From the NCBI GenBank assembly GCA_036172245.1, contig JAYWIR010000005.1, positions 558,001 to 622,000 of the forward strand: a DNA stretch of 64,000 nucleotides. The letters run 5' to 3'. The position numbers and the translations under genes are program-made. Below the pieces are notes generated by a model that saw nothing but the letters and a program-made list of their open reading frames with translations, was not told the origin of the DNA and searched no databases. Source of the stretch: Raillietiella orientalis. Its lineage: Eukaryota. Positions 51,559 through 64,000 of this stretch are shown here, in pieces (the stretch's first letter is position 1; the number at the start of each line of letters is the position of its first letter).

Positions 51559-54500
51559 TCATTTGATGTCCTCTTCCTCCATGGCTTCGTCCCGCTCGTC
51601 CAGAACGCCGCCACCCTCCCGACCGGGGGGCAGGCGGCTCGCCTGGACGGTGAGGCTGGCCAGCGCCGACACCGTGTCGCTGTCGTCGGCCGCCAGGGAG
51701 AGCAGGCGCCTGCGCAGGGTCCAGGACAACGTGCTGGCGTACTGCTGCACGACGGGCCAGTGAGCGGCCTGGCCCCCCGCCGCCCGCGTTGAAGGCTGGC
51801 CCTGCTCGGGGGCTCCCCTCGCTCACCTGCACCTCGATGACCTTGGTGAGGACGGCGACGGCGTTGCCGCAAGGGATCCGGTCCAGCTCGGAATCGCTGA
51901 GCGGCTGCGGGGCTTCCCCGAGAAGCGTCCTCACGCAGGCTTCCGAAGAATCACAGATGGCAGGGAGGTCGTACCCGCCTTCGAGGGCCAGGGCTATCTG
52001 GAGGTGGGGGAGGGAGGAAGGGGGAGAGAGGGCTCTCGTTCGGGAAGGGGGGAGAGGAGGTGTGCTGCGTGCGCGTACCTTCCCGTCGGCCAGCTGCATC
52101 AGCTGACGCGTCATCTGGGCGAAGCACGCCGGCGTCACCGCGTACCCGCCCAGCGGAGGGGGGTGCCCCGCGGCGGCGTCGAAGCCCGCCGACACGAGCA
52201 CGATGCCGGGGTCGAAGCGCTGGAGGAGAGAGAGAGAGAGAGGAAGAGAGGGTGAGGTCGAGAGACCGCTGGCGAGGAGAGGGTACACCTACTCTGGCGA
52301 TGGGCATCACCACGGCGTGGAAGGCGGTCAGGTACTCGCAGTCGCCCATGGGGGGCTGCAAGCCGCCCGACCACGCGATGTTGATGGTGAAGCCCCTGCC
52401 CCTGCTGAGGCCCACCTCGCCGACCGCGCCCGTGCCGGGGAAGAAGTTGCCGCCGTCGTGTCGGTGGATGGAGATGTACAGGACTCCGGGGTCGTCGTAG
52501 AAGATCTGCTGGGTACCGTTCCCGTGGTGGACGTCCTGGAAGAGCGGGACCGCGGAGGAGTGGCGCTCGCTCGCTCGTGCGCGGGTGGCGTCCAAGTACG
52601 CACCCAGTCCACGATGAGGATGCGCTCCACGTGGAGCTTCCTCTGCAGCTGGCGGGCCGCTATGGCGACAGAGTTGAAGTAGCAAAAACCCATAGGCTGC
52701 TGGTACTCCGCGTGGTGGCCCGGGGGACGGACCAGCGCGAAACCGTTCTTGACCTCTCCGGAGGCGACTGCGCGGGAGGGAGGTGGGGGTGGCGAGGAGT
52801 GGCAGCGGGTGCGGACTGACCTTTGAGGGCGAGGTCCACCACGCAGCCGGCGGCCACGCGCGCCGCCGGGGGCGTGTGTGTTTCGTTCCAGACCGTGTCA
52901 GAGTCCACGCCGATCCCCTGGCAGGGCAGCAGCACGAAGTCACGGACGGGCAGCTCGTGAACGCCGGACAGGTCGACCTTGTGGCTGGTGCGAGAGACGG
53001 AGCTGAGGCCTGGAAGGCGCGCGCGTGTCCGGCGCCAGGGCGAGGGGGCAGTAGGGGGAGGGGAGGTCGCGTACCGAAGAGCAGCGTGTACAGCTCTCTG
53101 TGGCAGGACTGCAGCTCCTCCAGGGTCGCTTTCCGGGAGCGCAGGCGGACGCAGCGGGGGAGGAGGCCGGTCTCCTGCAGGCGGGCCAGGACGCTCTGCA
53201 GGCGGCCGCTGTGCTCCGGGTGGGCGTTGGCGTTCCCGCACAGGCACTGGTGCTTCAGCATGAGGGAGTCGTACAGCAGCGCCGTGGCATGGGGGGACTT
53301 GAGGCAGCTCGCGGCGGCCGCCTGCGTCGGCGCCGCATGCTCTGCGGAGGAGCAGCAAGTGATGGACACCAAGGGGCTGGACAGGGTCCGGGCGAGCGGA
53401 CGGGCGGATGCGCCCCCGTCGGCGGCTTCCGCTGAGGCTGGCTCGCCTCCGCAGTATTTGACACCGCTGCTTCCCGCGTCGCCCTGCTGCTGCTGTTGGT
53501 GGTGGTGGTGGTGCTGCTGTTGCTGGTGGTGGAGGAGGAGGTGCTGCTGCTGCTGAAGGTGCTGGTGGTGGTGGGCCTGGGACGCCGAGTGCTTCTGGAA
53601 CTTGTGGCCCCTGCAGAGGAGGTCCCCGGCGTCGCAGCCGCCTTTCTTGTCGCCGCTATCGGTCAGGTCGATGATCTGCGGAGGGCCGACGCCGACGCTT
53701 CCCGCCCCTCTACTCTCCCTGGAGCTCACCACGGGCGCTTTCGCCGGCACTACGGAGTCGCCGCCGTCCCTCCTGAAGCCGACCTTGTCGGCGAGGTCGA
53801 CGTACTGCCTCGAGTTCACCCGGGTCAGCACTGTCTGCCGTATGTGCTGCTTGAGGAGTTCGTGCTGCTGCTGCTGGACGCTGGTCGCAGAGTGGGAGGG
53901 AGACGCGCCCTGGAGCAGTGGGTGGCCGAGGGGCAGCGGTGCCGACTGCGTGCGGCCCAGAGGGCGATGGGGCGGGCGTCCGGCCGCCTACCTCGGAGAA
54001 GCGGCGTCAGGAAGGGGGGAAGGCCGCCCACTCACGTTGTGGACGTCCGCTGGGTATTCGCCGTCGCCGGAGGGGTCCGGCCGGCCGTTCCTGTCGTGGT
54101 GGTGGTGGTGGTGATGGTGGTGGTGGTGGTGGTGATGCGCGCATGCCTGGTAGGGGTCGCCGCCGCCGCCAGGAGGGCCGTCCCCGGTCGCGCACTGCTC
54201 GCAGGGCACGCTGCACTCCCGGAGAGGCGGGTACAGGGGGAACAGGTAGTTCCCGGGGGCTGCCGGGCGGTGCTCAGCGCTCGACGTCGGAGGCTCCTCG
54301 GTGTCCATGACCACGCTCAGCCGCTCGACCTCCTGCAGCCGCGCGTGCGGGAGGAAGGAAGCCAGCGACGCACCAGCAACTTACCGCGTTGGCGAAGCCG
54401 ACGTGCGGAGGCCGCCCCAGGGAGATGTTGGGCAGAGAGGGACTCACGTAGAGAGATACCCGGAGGTCGCCCAGGCTGGCCTGCCTCGACATCAGGCCAT

Positions 54501-55834
54501 CTTTTCCCGGCTGCCCTTTCGAGATTAGAGCACGCCCGGCGCGGAAGGAAGGGGGGGGGGGATGAGGAGAGGGTGGCATTACGCGTACCTGCTGCGTCTC
54601 CTCGGTGCCGTCGCAAAGCGCGAAGGGCGAAGTGCCGGCCGCTGCGTGGGGCGAGCTGCAGCCGGAGTCCGGGGTGCCGCTATTGGTCTCTGCTGGAAGC
54701 AAACGGGAGGGCCGTCGACTCTCTTCCCTGGTAAGGGAGGGGGGACGGGCGGGCAGGGGACGGAAGGGAGAGAGAGAGGTGGTAGTGGGGGAAAGGAGGA
54801 AGGGAGGAGGAGGAAGGGGGTGAGGAGGGAGGAAGGGGTGAGGAGGAAGGAGGAGGGAGGAAGGGAAGAGGAGGAGTCTGGCGTGAGGGTGGGTGGGGCG
54901 GACGGGGGGGGGGGGAAGAATGTGTGGTAATCCTCACTCTGAATGTGCGCCAGCCTCTTGCCGATGGTACGCCCCTCGCGGCGCCGACCGCCCGCGAGGC
55001 ACTTGCGCTCCATGACCCTGTGCTTTAAGCGGACTTTGAGGTTAGGCTCCGAGACTTGCAGGAACGGAGAGAAAACACAGAAAAAACAAAAAAAAAGCAT
55101 GCGTCTTGGTTAGTCAGGCCCTCCCCGGCACAAACATCAAGCGCGCACATGCGCGCTGGTCTCTTCCCCGGCAGTGCGGGAGAGAGAACGCCTTACCCGT
55201 CTTGCGCAGAGGGTAGTCCTCCCGTCCAAGCGGAAGTATCTGCTTGTAAGGGTGGGCTGCTGGACACGGGATCGCGCCGATGCCCCCACGGTAGACTCCG
55301 CTCCTGGAGAAGGGGAAGTGGCGATCTCTCCGTTCCTCGCCCACGCTTGCCCAGTTACCAGTTCCTGGGACCACCGCCGCCGCCGCCACCGTCGCCAAGT
55401 CCGTTATCTCCCTGCTTCTTCCTCAGCACGAACTCCTGCTCGGAAAAGAACGGGAGAGGGGGAAAGAGGAGTGAAAAATGTGTCAGGATCCCAAAAGAAA
55501 GGCCCTCTTCCTCACCTGCAGGATCTGCTTGACCTCGAAGGACGCGACGGCACTCTGCGCGCTCTTCTCCTTGTTCTTCAGAGCCTCCAGCTTGTCCTTC
55601 TCCTTCTGCTCTTGATCCAGGCGGGCCTTTTCCATCATCTTGAGATGCTGCTGCTGTTCCCATACTTCCTGATTTCAAGAACGCCCACTGCAACGGACGT
55701 CAAAGCACCAAGACGCCTCGTCAGCTTACCTGCACGTGCTGAATCTGTCTCTGGTGCTGCTCGATGAGCTGCTGGCGCTGCACGTGGAAATGCTGGAGCA
55801 GCAGCTGCTCTTCGAGATCGTGCTCGTGCTTAAG
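51559..55834 (-). CDS. HDAC4: Class IIa histone deacetylase (HDAC4/5/7/9 ortholog); 5'-most exon(s) not resolved
   Basis: Exons 55834-55730, 55668-55516, 55435-55359, 55303-55197, 55054-54938, 54692-54589, 54510-54385, 54332-54036, 53987-53075, 53009-52821, 52767-52604, 52535-52293, 52219-52079, 51997-51827, 51768-51559. Gln-rich N-terminus, MEF2-binding [17 protein letters not shown], 14-3-3 sites RKTVSEP, RTQSAP and [16 protein letters not shown], and catalytic [28 protein letters not shown]. Confidence 0.96.
54096..54137 (-). repeat. Coding (CAC/CAT)14 poly-histidine tract in the HDAC
   Basis: (GTG/ATG)14 on the plus strand inside exon 54332-54036. A second mixed Gln/His run lies at ~53484-53578. 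Confidence 0.9.
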
Positions 55835-58800
55835 CTACCACGAAATAATATGTGAGAGCTTTCCTTCCTTTCTTTCTTTCGGAAGGACGGAGGTGAGCGG
55901 AAGGAAGCGGGCAAAGAAAAAGGAAAGGTGCGAGGGCGGTGTGCGTTCGGAAGGAGGAGCTGGGTGGTGAAGGATGGTGTAGTGGTGTGGGCCATCTGAT
56001 GACGGCGTCCTCCGTGCCGATTCGCACCATTTTCTGAGGGGTATCTCCCCTCCCCCCCCACACGACCAACGTAACCATCAGTTGGGCCCACCAAACTCAG
56101 TCCGTCGCGCGTTGAGCACGGTCGACTCCGGCAGATGGATGGGCCATCCCTTCTTCCGCCTGTGAGGCGATCGAGGGTCCCCTGTCAACCCCTTTCCGTG
56201 GCAAAAGAGGAATCGACTTCTCTCTCTTCCTCCCTTCCTCCCCTCCCGTCGAAAAGAGAAAACGAAACAAAACACACGAAAAGGAAACGCCATCGCAAGG
56301 GCCACCGAATTCCTCCGTAACGAAGGGATGCACGCCGTCGTTCCGTAGCACTTCAGATCCACCGTCATGCGATTGCAATTTAATTTTCATCCAGTCGTTC
56401 TGATCTGCGTTACGAGACAATCACTCACAGAGGCGACTTTAATTTCACTGAGACACGAACCAAGGAAACGCATTCATTCGTGTTGTACACCTGGCACCCG
56501 TACAGCAGCCATAGTGTGCTAACGAGCTCGGCGAGGGAAGCAGGAGCGGAGGAGCACAACCACCTTTGCCTTCCGAACCTCCTGGAAATGTACACAACAC
56601 ACGTAGTGTGGACGCAAGTGTATGGAAAGGAAACACGGCCGGGCCTACGACGACGAGTATCACGAGGCAAACGGATGACGGGGAAGGAAAAGGGGGAGGC
56701 GGGCAGCTCGGACGGATTTATTCTTGTTGCCAACCCCGGAGAGCTCGGGGGTCTTCGGACGGCGCCCCTTCCCTCCAAAGTCCTGCAAGAACGGCGAAGA
56801 TCCCCCGTCCTGCAGATGGGGAGAGCAGCCTGCGGTGGCGTTCTTGCATCGTGCGGAACGCGACATCTTCCAAACTCACGTCACGAGAGCCCAAAATAAC
56901 ACGCACACGCACACTCAGAGGACAATCTCGAGAGCGAAACTATGCAACGAAGGAAGAAAGCAGTTATCGAACCGTCCCCTCCCACCATCGATAAAATGTG
57001 TTGACATCGCAAAAAAAAAAGAAAAAAGAAAAAAAGAAGGGCCCCCTTTCTGAGCCACGGAGAGAGAGAGACTGACGAAAAGAACAACCGCGCGGAATGG
57101 GCCGGCAAGAAATGAGGGGTTAGCTACCATCAAACCGATGCTGAACTCGGGTCGTTGCTGCTGCTGCTGACTGCTTTTTTTTTTTTGGAGGGGGAGGGGG
57201 GTTCCTTCCTCATTTTGGAGATGCCGCGTACTCCTACAGATCTTCGTCATAGTCTCCGGGAAGTCTTCGGTTCAGCTGTTCGAGCGACTTGAATTTTGCT
57301 AAAGCCCATCAAACTGTCGCTCGATCGCGAGTTGGAATGGGGCCTCCGCAAGAATGCGTGGGTGGCGCACAGGCACCGACTTGTTGGACCACGCACGTCG
57401 CTCACATGTGCTGCCGAAAAGGCTCGGACGCTTGCAAACACGATTATACAAATCAGGGATGGGTCGCAGCAGCAACACCTTATCTCAAGAGTGCAAGCAG
57501 CACTGGGTGAGACACCGTTGTCATGCGAAATCGAACTGCGCATTTGGGGCAGCGGGAATGGGGGAAGGGGAGAGGGGGAAAGAGAATTTCTAGTAAAATG
57601 CAAAATACCTGGATCATTCTTTCTTGCAGAAAGGGATCCACGTTTTCCGGAAAAGTGTGAGCAAATTCTCCGTTTCTCTTATCTATATTGGTGATCATAC
57701 CGGGATCAGACATAAGTGAGCCAACATCTAAAACAGATTTCAAAAAGTACACTCATGATTGGAATTCAATAGGCAAAAATGAAAAACGTAAAAGAAAAAA
57801 AAAGAACACTCTTCAGCACTATCAGCTGCACGGCCACTGGTACAATCATACTGGTGAGGATGCAAGCAGCCAAGATGCTCTTCATCCACAAAAATCGTCA
57901 AAACTGATAAACACGATAAGAGTATTTTTAGATAAAACTCTCTGATTTTCGAAAAGTTACCGGAGGAAAAAAAATGGTGCAATAAATGGAAACAAAAATC
58001 CGATAGCCGAGATAAGAAGAGATTGAAAGCAAACGGCAAAGTTCGGAAAAGGAAGGAAAGGGCATCTGACGAAACAGCACGGCGAAGGAAACGCGGCTGC
58101 TGTCGTTGCGGTTACCACGGGAGCTCTCCGTCAGCGGAGGTGCGGATGCGAAGCAACGACTCGGGAGTTCTCGAAAAGATCGGTCCTCCCCCCCACTCGA
58201 CGGGAGGAGAGCACGGGGGAACTCCGCGCAGCCCTCGCACCCCGCGAACAGCGGCAGGACGGAGCGGAAGAAGAAGAAGCATTTGCAAGAGACGAGCCTT
58301 GAAAAGGGAAGGAAGAAGGAGCGAAGAAACCGAAACGAAAGGAGAGAGACAAAAAGGTAAAACGAAAACGTTAGCTTCGGCGGGAACTTATCTCTTGGTA
58401 CCACCACCACAGATGCACGCAAGCTATTCTTATACACATCCACCCCCCCCCCCCTCCCCAAATTCAATTGCAAAATTCGGGAACTTGCACACAGATAACA
58501 TCTGCTTTTTATTCGTGGGAGATAAGGAAGAAGAAGAAAAATCGACCGTATCCCGTAGTTTCGTGTGATATGGGATTCGCTTGCAGGATGAGCCTCCTCT
58601 CCTGCAAGGAGAGATTTGATGACACTCACGAGGAGCGGGCCAGCAGCCGGTCCTCACAAGGCGACCGACGCGAACGCTCCGGAATTCGACCGGGAGAACA
58701 CGCCGCATGTGGGGGAGGGGTGTCCTCCTATTTATTTACGCGCACCTGACGGCACCATGGCAACCACGGGGAGGGCACGCTTCGACTTCCGCGGCTCCTC

Positions 58801-59988
58801 CTCCCCCACGGGCGCGCGGTGGAGAGCGCCACTTATTCCGTATGCATGCATGCATGCACCTACATGGAAACGTGTGCAGAAGCATTTGAAGAACGTATGG
58901 AGAAAGAGAGAGAGCGAGGAAAAAAAGTCGTTTTCACATACGGCATTTTGTTTTCATAAATTTAATGGCGACGAATCGAGAGGCCCAGGTGACAAGAAGG
59001 AAAAAAAAAGAAAGAAAAAAAAACGAAGAAATATTAAGCGCGAAAATTGTTACTTCGTAATTCCTCAACGTTTTTTCTTTTTTTTTCCTTTCATCCGAAA
59101 ATAGAAAATCGTTGAATGGCTTTATTTTGAACAAAAAAAAATAAAAGAGCAAAATTGGAAAAAGGAAAACAAGGAAAAAAAAAGAGGGGAGGGGAGGGAG
59201 ATCGAGCATCTTCCGGATTAATTTTTTTTGCCTTCTTTATGGAAAGGCAACGCAGGGAACGACAGCGGACTGTGAAGGCGCCTTTCCCACAAAAGGCGAA
59301 GCGGGCAGCCGGGCACGAGGTCGGAGGAAGAAGCATTTCGCACGAGGGGGGGGGGGGGGGGAAGGAGACTGAGTTGCGGTTCCTTCAGCAAACTCCAGCC
59401 CGCGAGGCCACGTGTCGCTTGGCCCAACGTGGGGTCCCCTGTCGAGAGGGACAGGCGAGGTCAGAGCGCCTTCGGAGCCGCACAGGAGACAGGTCGAGAA
59501 AGCGCGCGATTCCCAGCTTCAGAAAAATGACCTTGAGGCAAAAAAGGAATCAACGGGAGCGAACCCTGCGTGTCACTGTCGCCACCGAGGGTGGATGTTA
59601 GATGCTCTCGGGTCACCGCCGTGGTGACCCGACAGTGCCCTGTACTGTTAGGGCTGACGGCAAATTAACAAATGAAAACGCCCCCACGAGCTGAACGGGA
59701 AGGAGCGATCGCATGACCTGCGGGGTTGTCGGAAAAAACTGGTAACCAGGAAGGCTGCATTTCGGGGGTTCATCGCCTCAGCTCCCCAGCCACAAAGGGC
59801 CACGAGGCCGACCCTCGTCGCGTCCGCACAGATGAAATCGCCGAAGGCGTTTTTCCCCTCGACTTGCCGAGCCCAGGCGATCCAGCAGGAGTGCCACCGA
59901 CGATTTTGGGGAAAGCTGTCTGAAGTGATCCTGAAGGGGTGCCAAGCGGGAACGACTTTCCGCTCCCGGAAGCGCCGCGGGGCGGGCC

Positions 59989-61323
59989 GAACTCGAGCAC
60001 TACCTAGACGTCGCCCTTACCTCTTTTCCCGGTGCCGCAACCGAACTCGTCCCGTGTAGCAACAACCCTTCGGGTCTCTCGGGAAAACAGAACACGCTTC
60101 CCGCGAAACCGCAAGTCGCTGGTCGACGGTCTGCAGCAGCAACGCTCGGAACGAGCGGACGATCGCGAAACGGTCCTTCGCGTAGGGATGGAGTACCTGG
60201 CCCCCTGCCAGTGAAGCCGACGGAGCGGAACCGCTCCCGCCGAAAAGACCTTCCTCGGTGGCCCAGGGTCGCACCGTTGGTCGGCGAGAGTCCCCACGCG
60301 GCCGCCCCTCGTGCGACGGACTGACAACCCTGCCTTTCAGAGTGCAGCCGCCTCGCCAACCTTCGGCCCGCCGCGCGGGGCAGGAGCGAACGGGCGTCCC
60401 CGCCCACCACCAGCAATCCCGCCCGGGGACACCAGGCAGCGGAGGCAACGACGTACGGGGAAGCCCGGGACCCGCCCCTCAGGGCCTAGCCAGCGGCCAA
60501 GAGGGGCACAAGCCCGCTCACTCCGAGGCTCGCCGCACCAGCCTGGCGGCCAGGCGCCACCGTTGCTACACCAGGGGGACTGTGGGAGCCCTCACCTCCC
60601 CGCAGCACGGTGCCCTCGGGACATCGTCCCGGAGTCCCTCATACCGCCGAGAGCCGCGACGCTGCTGGACGAGAGGCAGGGGAGCCGTTGCACCCTCTTC
60701 GCGACCCGCCTCCCATGGCGACAGCCGAGCGCGCCCGAGACCACGCCATCGGCAGCAGCCCCCCGGCGCCCTGAGCGGCGAGCAGGGAGGGGTTCGCCCT
60801 CGCGCGCCCGGTCGCAGCAAAGCCGCTCCCGCCTTTCCCTGCTCTGCTCTGCCCTGCCCTGCCCTGCCCTTGCCCCTGAAGGACGACGGGGCGACCCGAC
60901 ACGACCTGCCGGGTTGCACCGTCCGTTCCGCTTGTCCGAAAATGAACTCCCGGACAGAGGCGCCGCTCGCGCAAGCCGCCGTATCGGGCTGCTCACAATC
61001 TGCACTCCCTTCGACTGGCCTGCTCCCGTCCAGGCACCCGGGGCTGCGGTGCCCTGACGTGTCTGCAAGAGGGCGCGGGCTGAACAGGCAGGCAGATCGC
61101 TTGCGGCAGTCCTCCGCCTTTGTACCGCGAGGTCGTGGCAGCTGCTCCGCGACTTCCGGGTGGCCTCCGCCACATCCCCCGGTCTGCGCCTCCACCGCAG
61201 CATGGGCGGAGGGGGGGGGGAAGCAGTTGCGACTGCCTCGCTCGATCCTCTGATGCTGCTGCTTGGGCAGGTTCCACCTTGTCCTGCAACGCCGTCGGTG
61301 GGCGAGACGGCCTTTCCGTTGCG
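59989..61323. repeat. 1.33-kb direct repeat, copy 2
   Basis: Same orientation as 47069-48402, offset 12920-12921 bp. Confidence 0.97.
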
Positions 61324-62879
61324 TGTCTTCTTCCTCCCCTCCGTTCCCTGGGCAGATCCCGTCGGCGCTCCTGAAGAACAGTCGGACCCGGCGGGAACGC
61401 CGCCGTATCCCTCCGTGGTTTTTTTTTTGCTTGTCTTTTTTCCTCTCTTTCTTTGCACGTTCGTGAAATGAACGCCCCGGGGCGAGCGGACGAGAATCCC
61501 TCCCCCCGCGTCTCGGCGGCGGAACGCGAGCGGGGGAGGCACTTGCGGCGCCCAGTGCACGGGTCTCGTGCCCCTTAGCATCACCCGATGCATCCCCGGC
61601 CACTTGCGGACCACCACGAACGCGCCCGTCGGCTGCGGAAACCGCGAACACACAGGAGGAGGGGGAGGAGGAAGGAAGAAGAGCTATAAAAAGAAAAGGA
61701 AAACCGGGAAAGAAATGGAAAGGGACGCGATCCATCCGAAGCGCGATGCGCGTCGCGATCACCAGAATGGAGGGGAGGGGGAGAGGGGGATATGCTCGTT
61801 AATACGGAAACCGCAGCAGCGAGATGAAAAGCGGATCTCTTCGGCGGCGGGAGGCTACGGTGCCAAAAGAGCGAGGGGCCTCATTTGCAAACCTTGAACT
61901 CTTCAGCAATCTGTTGCATTGGATGCCAAGTAAACATCCCTAAAAATAGCCTCTCCTTCTCCTCCCAGGTGGCGCTCACTCGAAATGATCGAAGCTGCCG
62001 ACCCTGCCGTGGTGGCGGCAGCGGGTGAAGTTCCACAGGCGCGGGGCAGCCGGCCCCACGCCCGCCTGAACTGACCGAGGCGGGCGGAACGAGGAAGAGG
62101 GGCCCGGCGAGTTCGGATCGCGCCCCAGGGTGATCCCCCGCGGCGGAAGGGACTGCCTCCCGGAGAAGTCCGCACTCGGGCGATGCCGCGTGCACTTGGC
62201 AGGGCCGCCACCTACGCTCCCTGCCCGCGGTGCATTGCCGGAAGGCAGAGACCCCTCCGGAGAGGGTAGATGGCGAGCGCGCAAGAAACGCGCGCCTTCC
62301 GGTTGGAGCTACGGGCGGCGGTTTCGTCGAGCTGTTTCCGGCGAAAATCACCCAGCACCACCGCTCGTCGGGGAAAGGAGACGTAGCTCGTACCAGCCGG
62401 GGAGGTCGTAGCCGGTCTGCAGCTCAGCTCGGGGGGGTCAAGTGGGGAATTCGGCGAATGGATCTCCGTGGCTACAGGATCATCCCCGAGAGGGGGCAGC
62501 GCGACGAGGGGGTGGGTGGGAAGATCGAAACCAGCCAGGATCCCTTTCGACGAGGGTTCGAAGCGGTGGAGACTCCCGCCGGAACGTGCGTCCGCCCGGC
62601 TCGCGCTAGAGGGGAGGGAGGGGAGCGAAGGGGAGCCGCCGAAAGCGACGCGCCGCCATCAACCACAGGGGAGGGAGGCATCGGAATCCCGGCTTCCGGA
62701 GGAAGGAACCATGGAAACCAAAGTGCGTTCCAAAGGGGAGGCCGTAAATATTCCCGAAATACGACGCGGGCGGAGCTCGCGTTCACCCGCTCGGGAGAAA
62801 GGCGGGGGAGGAAAACCGCGCAGGCGCAGGGAGACCCGCCCTCTGCGCTGCTGCGGGAAAGAGCGGCCCCCGCGGAAGA

Positions 62880-63320
62880 CAAGCCCTTCCGCTCTTGCGG
62901 GAAATGCTAAGTCACCGAGAACTGAGCGGAGGAAGCGGCCGACTCGGGAGTCCCTCGTACCGGGAAAACACCGCTCTCAGGAGCCGTCGAGGACTTCCGG
63001 CGCCCGAGGGATGGGAACCCCCGGAGGAATGGAGAGATCCCGCAGGCCTGGTCCACGGGACGATCGTCGCACCGCAGGCTATGCGCCGCGGAAACGAAAA
63101 GCAGGAGGACCGCGGGAAAGAACCAGCGGCCGACAGGAAAGCGCGATGCCGCCGTGAGCCCGTTGCCGTGCAACGCCTCGAAGGAAGGAACTCCCCCCCG
63201 CTGGAGGCTGTGCAGCTGCTGCGTCCTTCCCACGCATTCGAATATCACAGGTTCGAATCCCCCCCAGGGATGCGTGGTGGGGTTCGAGTCCAGCTCGCAA
63301 GATGATGCTGGTCGGCCGGA
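62880..63320 (+). mobile_element. Highly decayed reverse-transcriptase-like remnant of a non-LTR element
   Basis: Fragmentary similarity to early RT motifs across frames (KSP.., GEIPQAWSTG, PVAVQRL, PGMRG..QL). A KAF-like remnant also occurs at ~59835-59960. No intact motif. Confidence 0.3.
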
Positions 63321-64000
63321 AAGTTCTGGATGCCCTCGGAGGAGGACGCTGACTCCCCTACGCTGACCCGGGGGGTCCCCTGTGAGGCTTTCCCGCTCGC
63401 TCCAGCAAGGGAGCGGCTCTTCGGTGGAAAGGCAGGACATGCGACTGACCTGACCTGCCCCGTGACCGCCGAGATCTTTTTTGGACGATGAGGAACGGCC
63501 TGACGAAAAAAATACCCGAGGAGGAGGCTGGGAGGGTCCGCAGAGAGATTTTTTTTTTTTTTTTTTCGTTTTCCGGCAACGTGCCGTACGCCTTTTCCCC
63601 GCCTTGACAGTGGGGACCCTGAGGAACGGGCAGCCCAGTTCGGGGAGGCTCAACCCCCGAGGGCACGCAGCGTCCGGATCGGAGGCGCCGCACGCGCGTC
63701 CTGGAATACGCCGTTCCCGAATAGGGCTCGAATCTGTATCCTGGAACGACCGACAGGACTTCCGAACCCGCCATCGAGATGCTTCCCCCGGAAAGAAGGA
63801 GAGAGCAGCGGGGGGTCAACCGAGGTCGTCCGCCTGCCGCCATCCCGCGTCTCTGCCTGCTTCCTCCCGAGCCAAACGGGCGATCCTCTTGATCCGCGGA
63901 AGAGAGCGGAGGCGATACGGGGTAGCAGGGTGTGGGGCGAGGAGAGGAGTTTCCGTCACTGCAATGGCGTGCCAGCGCTGCTGCGTATGGACGCCTGCCG

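Noticed and set aside
51951..53831. 626-aa single-exon ORF
   Set aside because: It is a read-through across several HDAC exons and introns; only parts are in the true frame.
55900..56420. Candidate upstream HDAC exons (e.g. SFTTQLLL, MSRNADQ..)
   Set aside because: No convincing in-frame GT donor was found, so these were left unannotated.
47069..61323. LTR retrotransposon with the 1.33-kb repeats as LTRs
   Set aside because: No TG..CA termini, PBS/PPT or TSD, and the interior is an intron-containing HDAC gene rather than gag-pol.

Overview
Eukaryotic (metazoan, most likely protostome invertebrate) genomic DNA with very short spliceosomal introns (mostly 39-60 bp). Seven protein-coding genes were traced exon by exon: JMJD6 (+), a CARD-containing initiator caspase (+) tail-to-tail with MRPL51 (-), an ACT-domain threonine dehydratase (+), SLC35F6 (-), GABARAP/Atg8 (-) and a class IIa histone deacetylase, HDAC4-like (-). 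The genes fall into two compositional classes, AT-rich/CpG-poor and very GC/CpG-rich. Intergenic DNA is largely decayed transposon sequence: several copies of an L1/Tx1-like LINE family (one nested in another with an 8-bp TSD), piggyBac-like remnants, and a near-identical 1.33-kb direct repeat flanking the HDAC gene. The most notable structure is at 40750-41703 (-). About 820 nt of 28S rRNA, ending near the D7a hidden-break region, is fused to the last ~125 nt of the LINE 3' UTR, including a terminal stem-loop shared by five copies in the window. Two further pieces of the same 28S interval lie within 3 kb. This looks like a 28S-rRNA-headed, LINE-tailed SINE-like retroelement. All homology calls come from motif recognition by eye; no searches were run.
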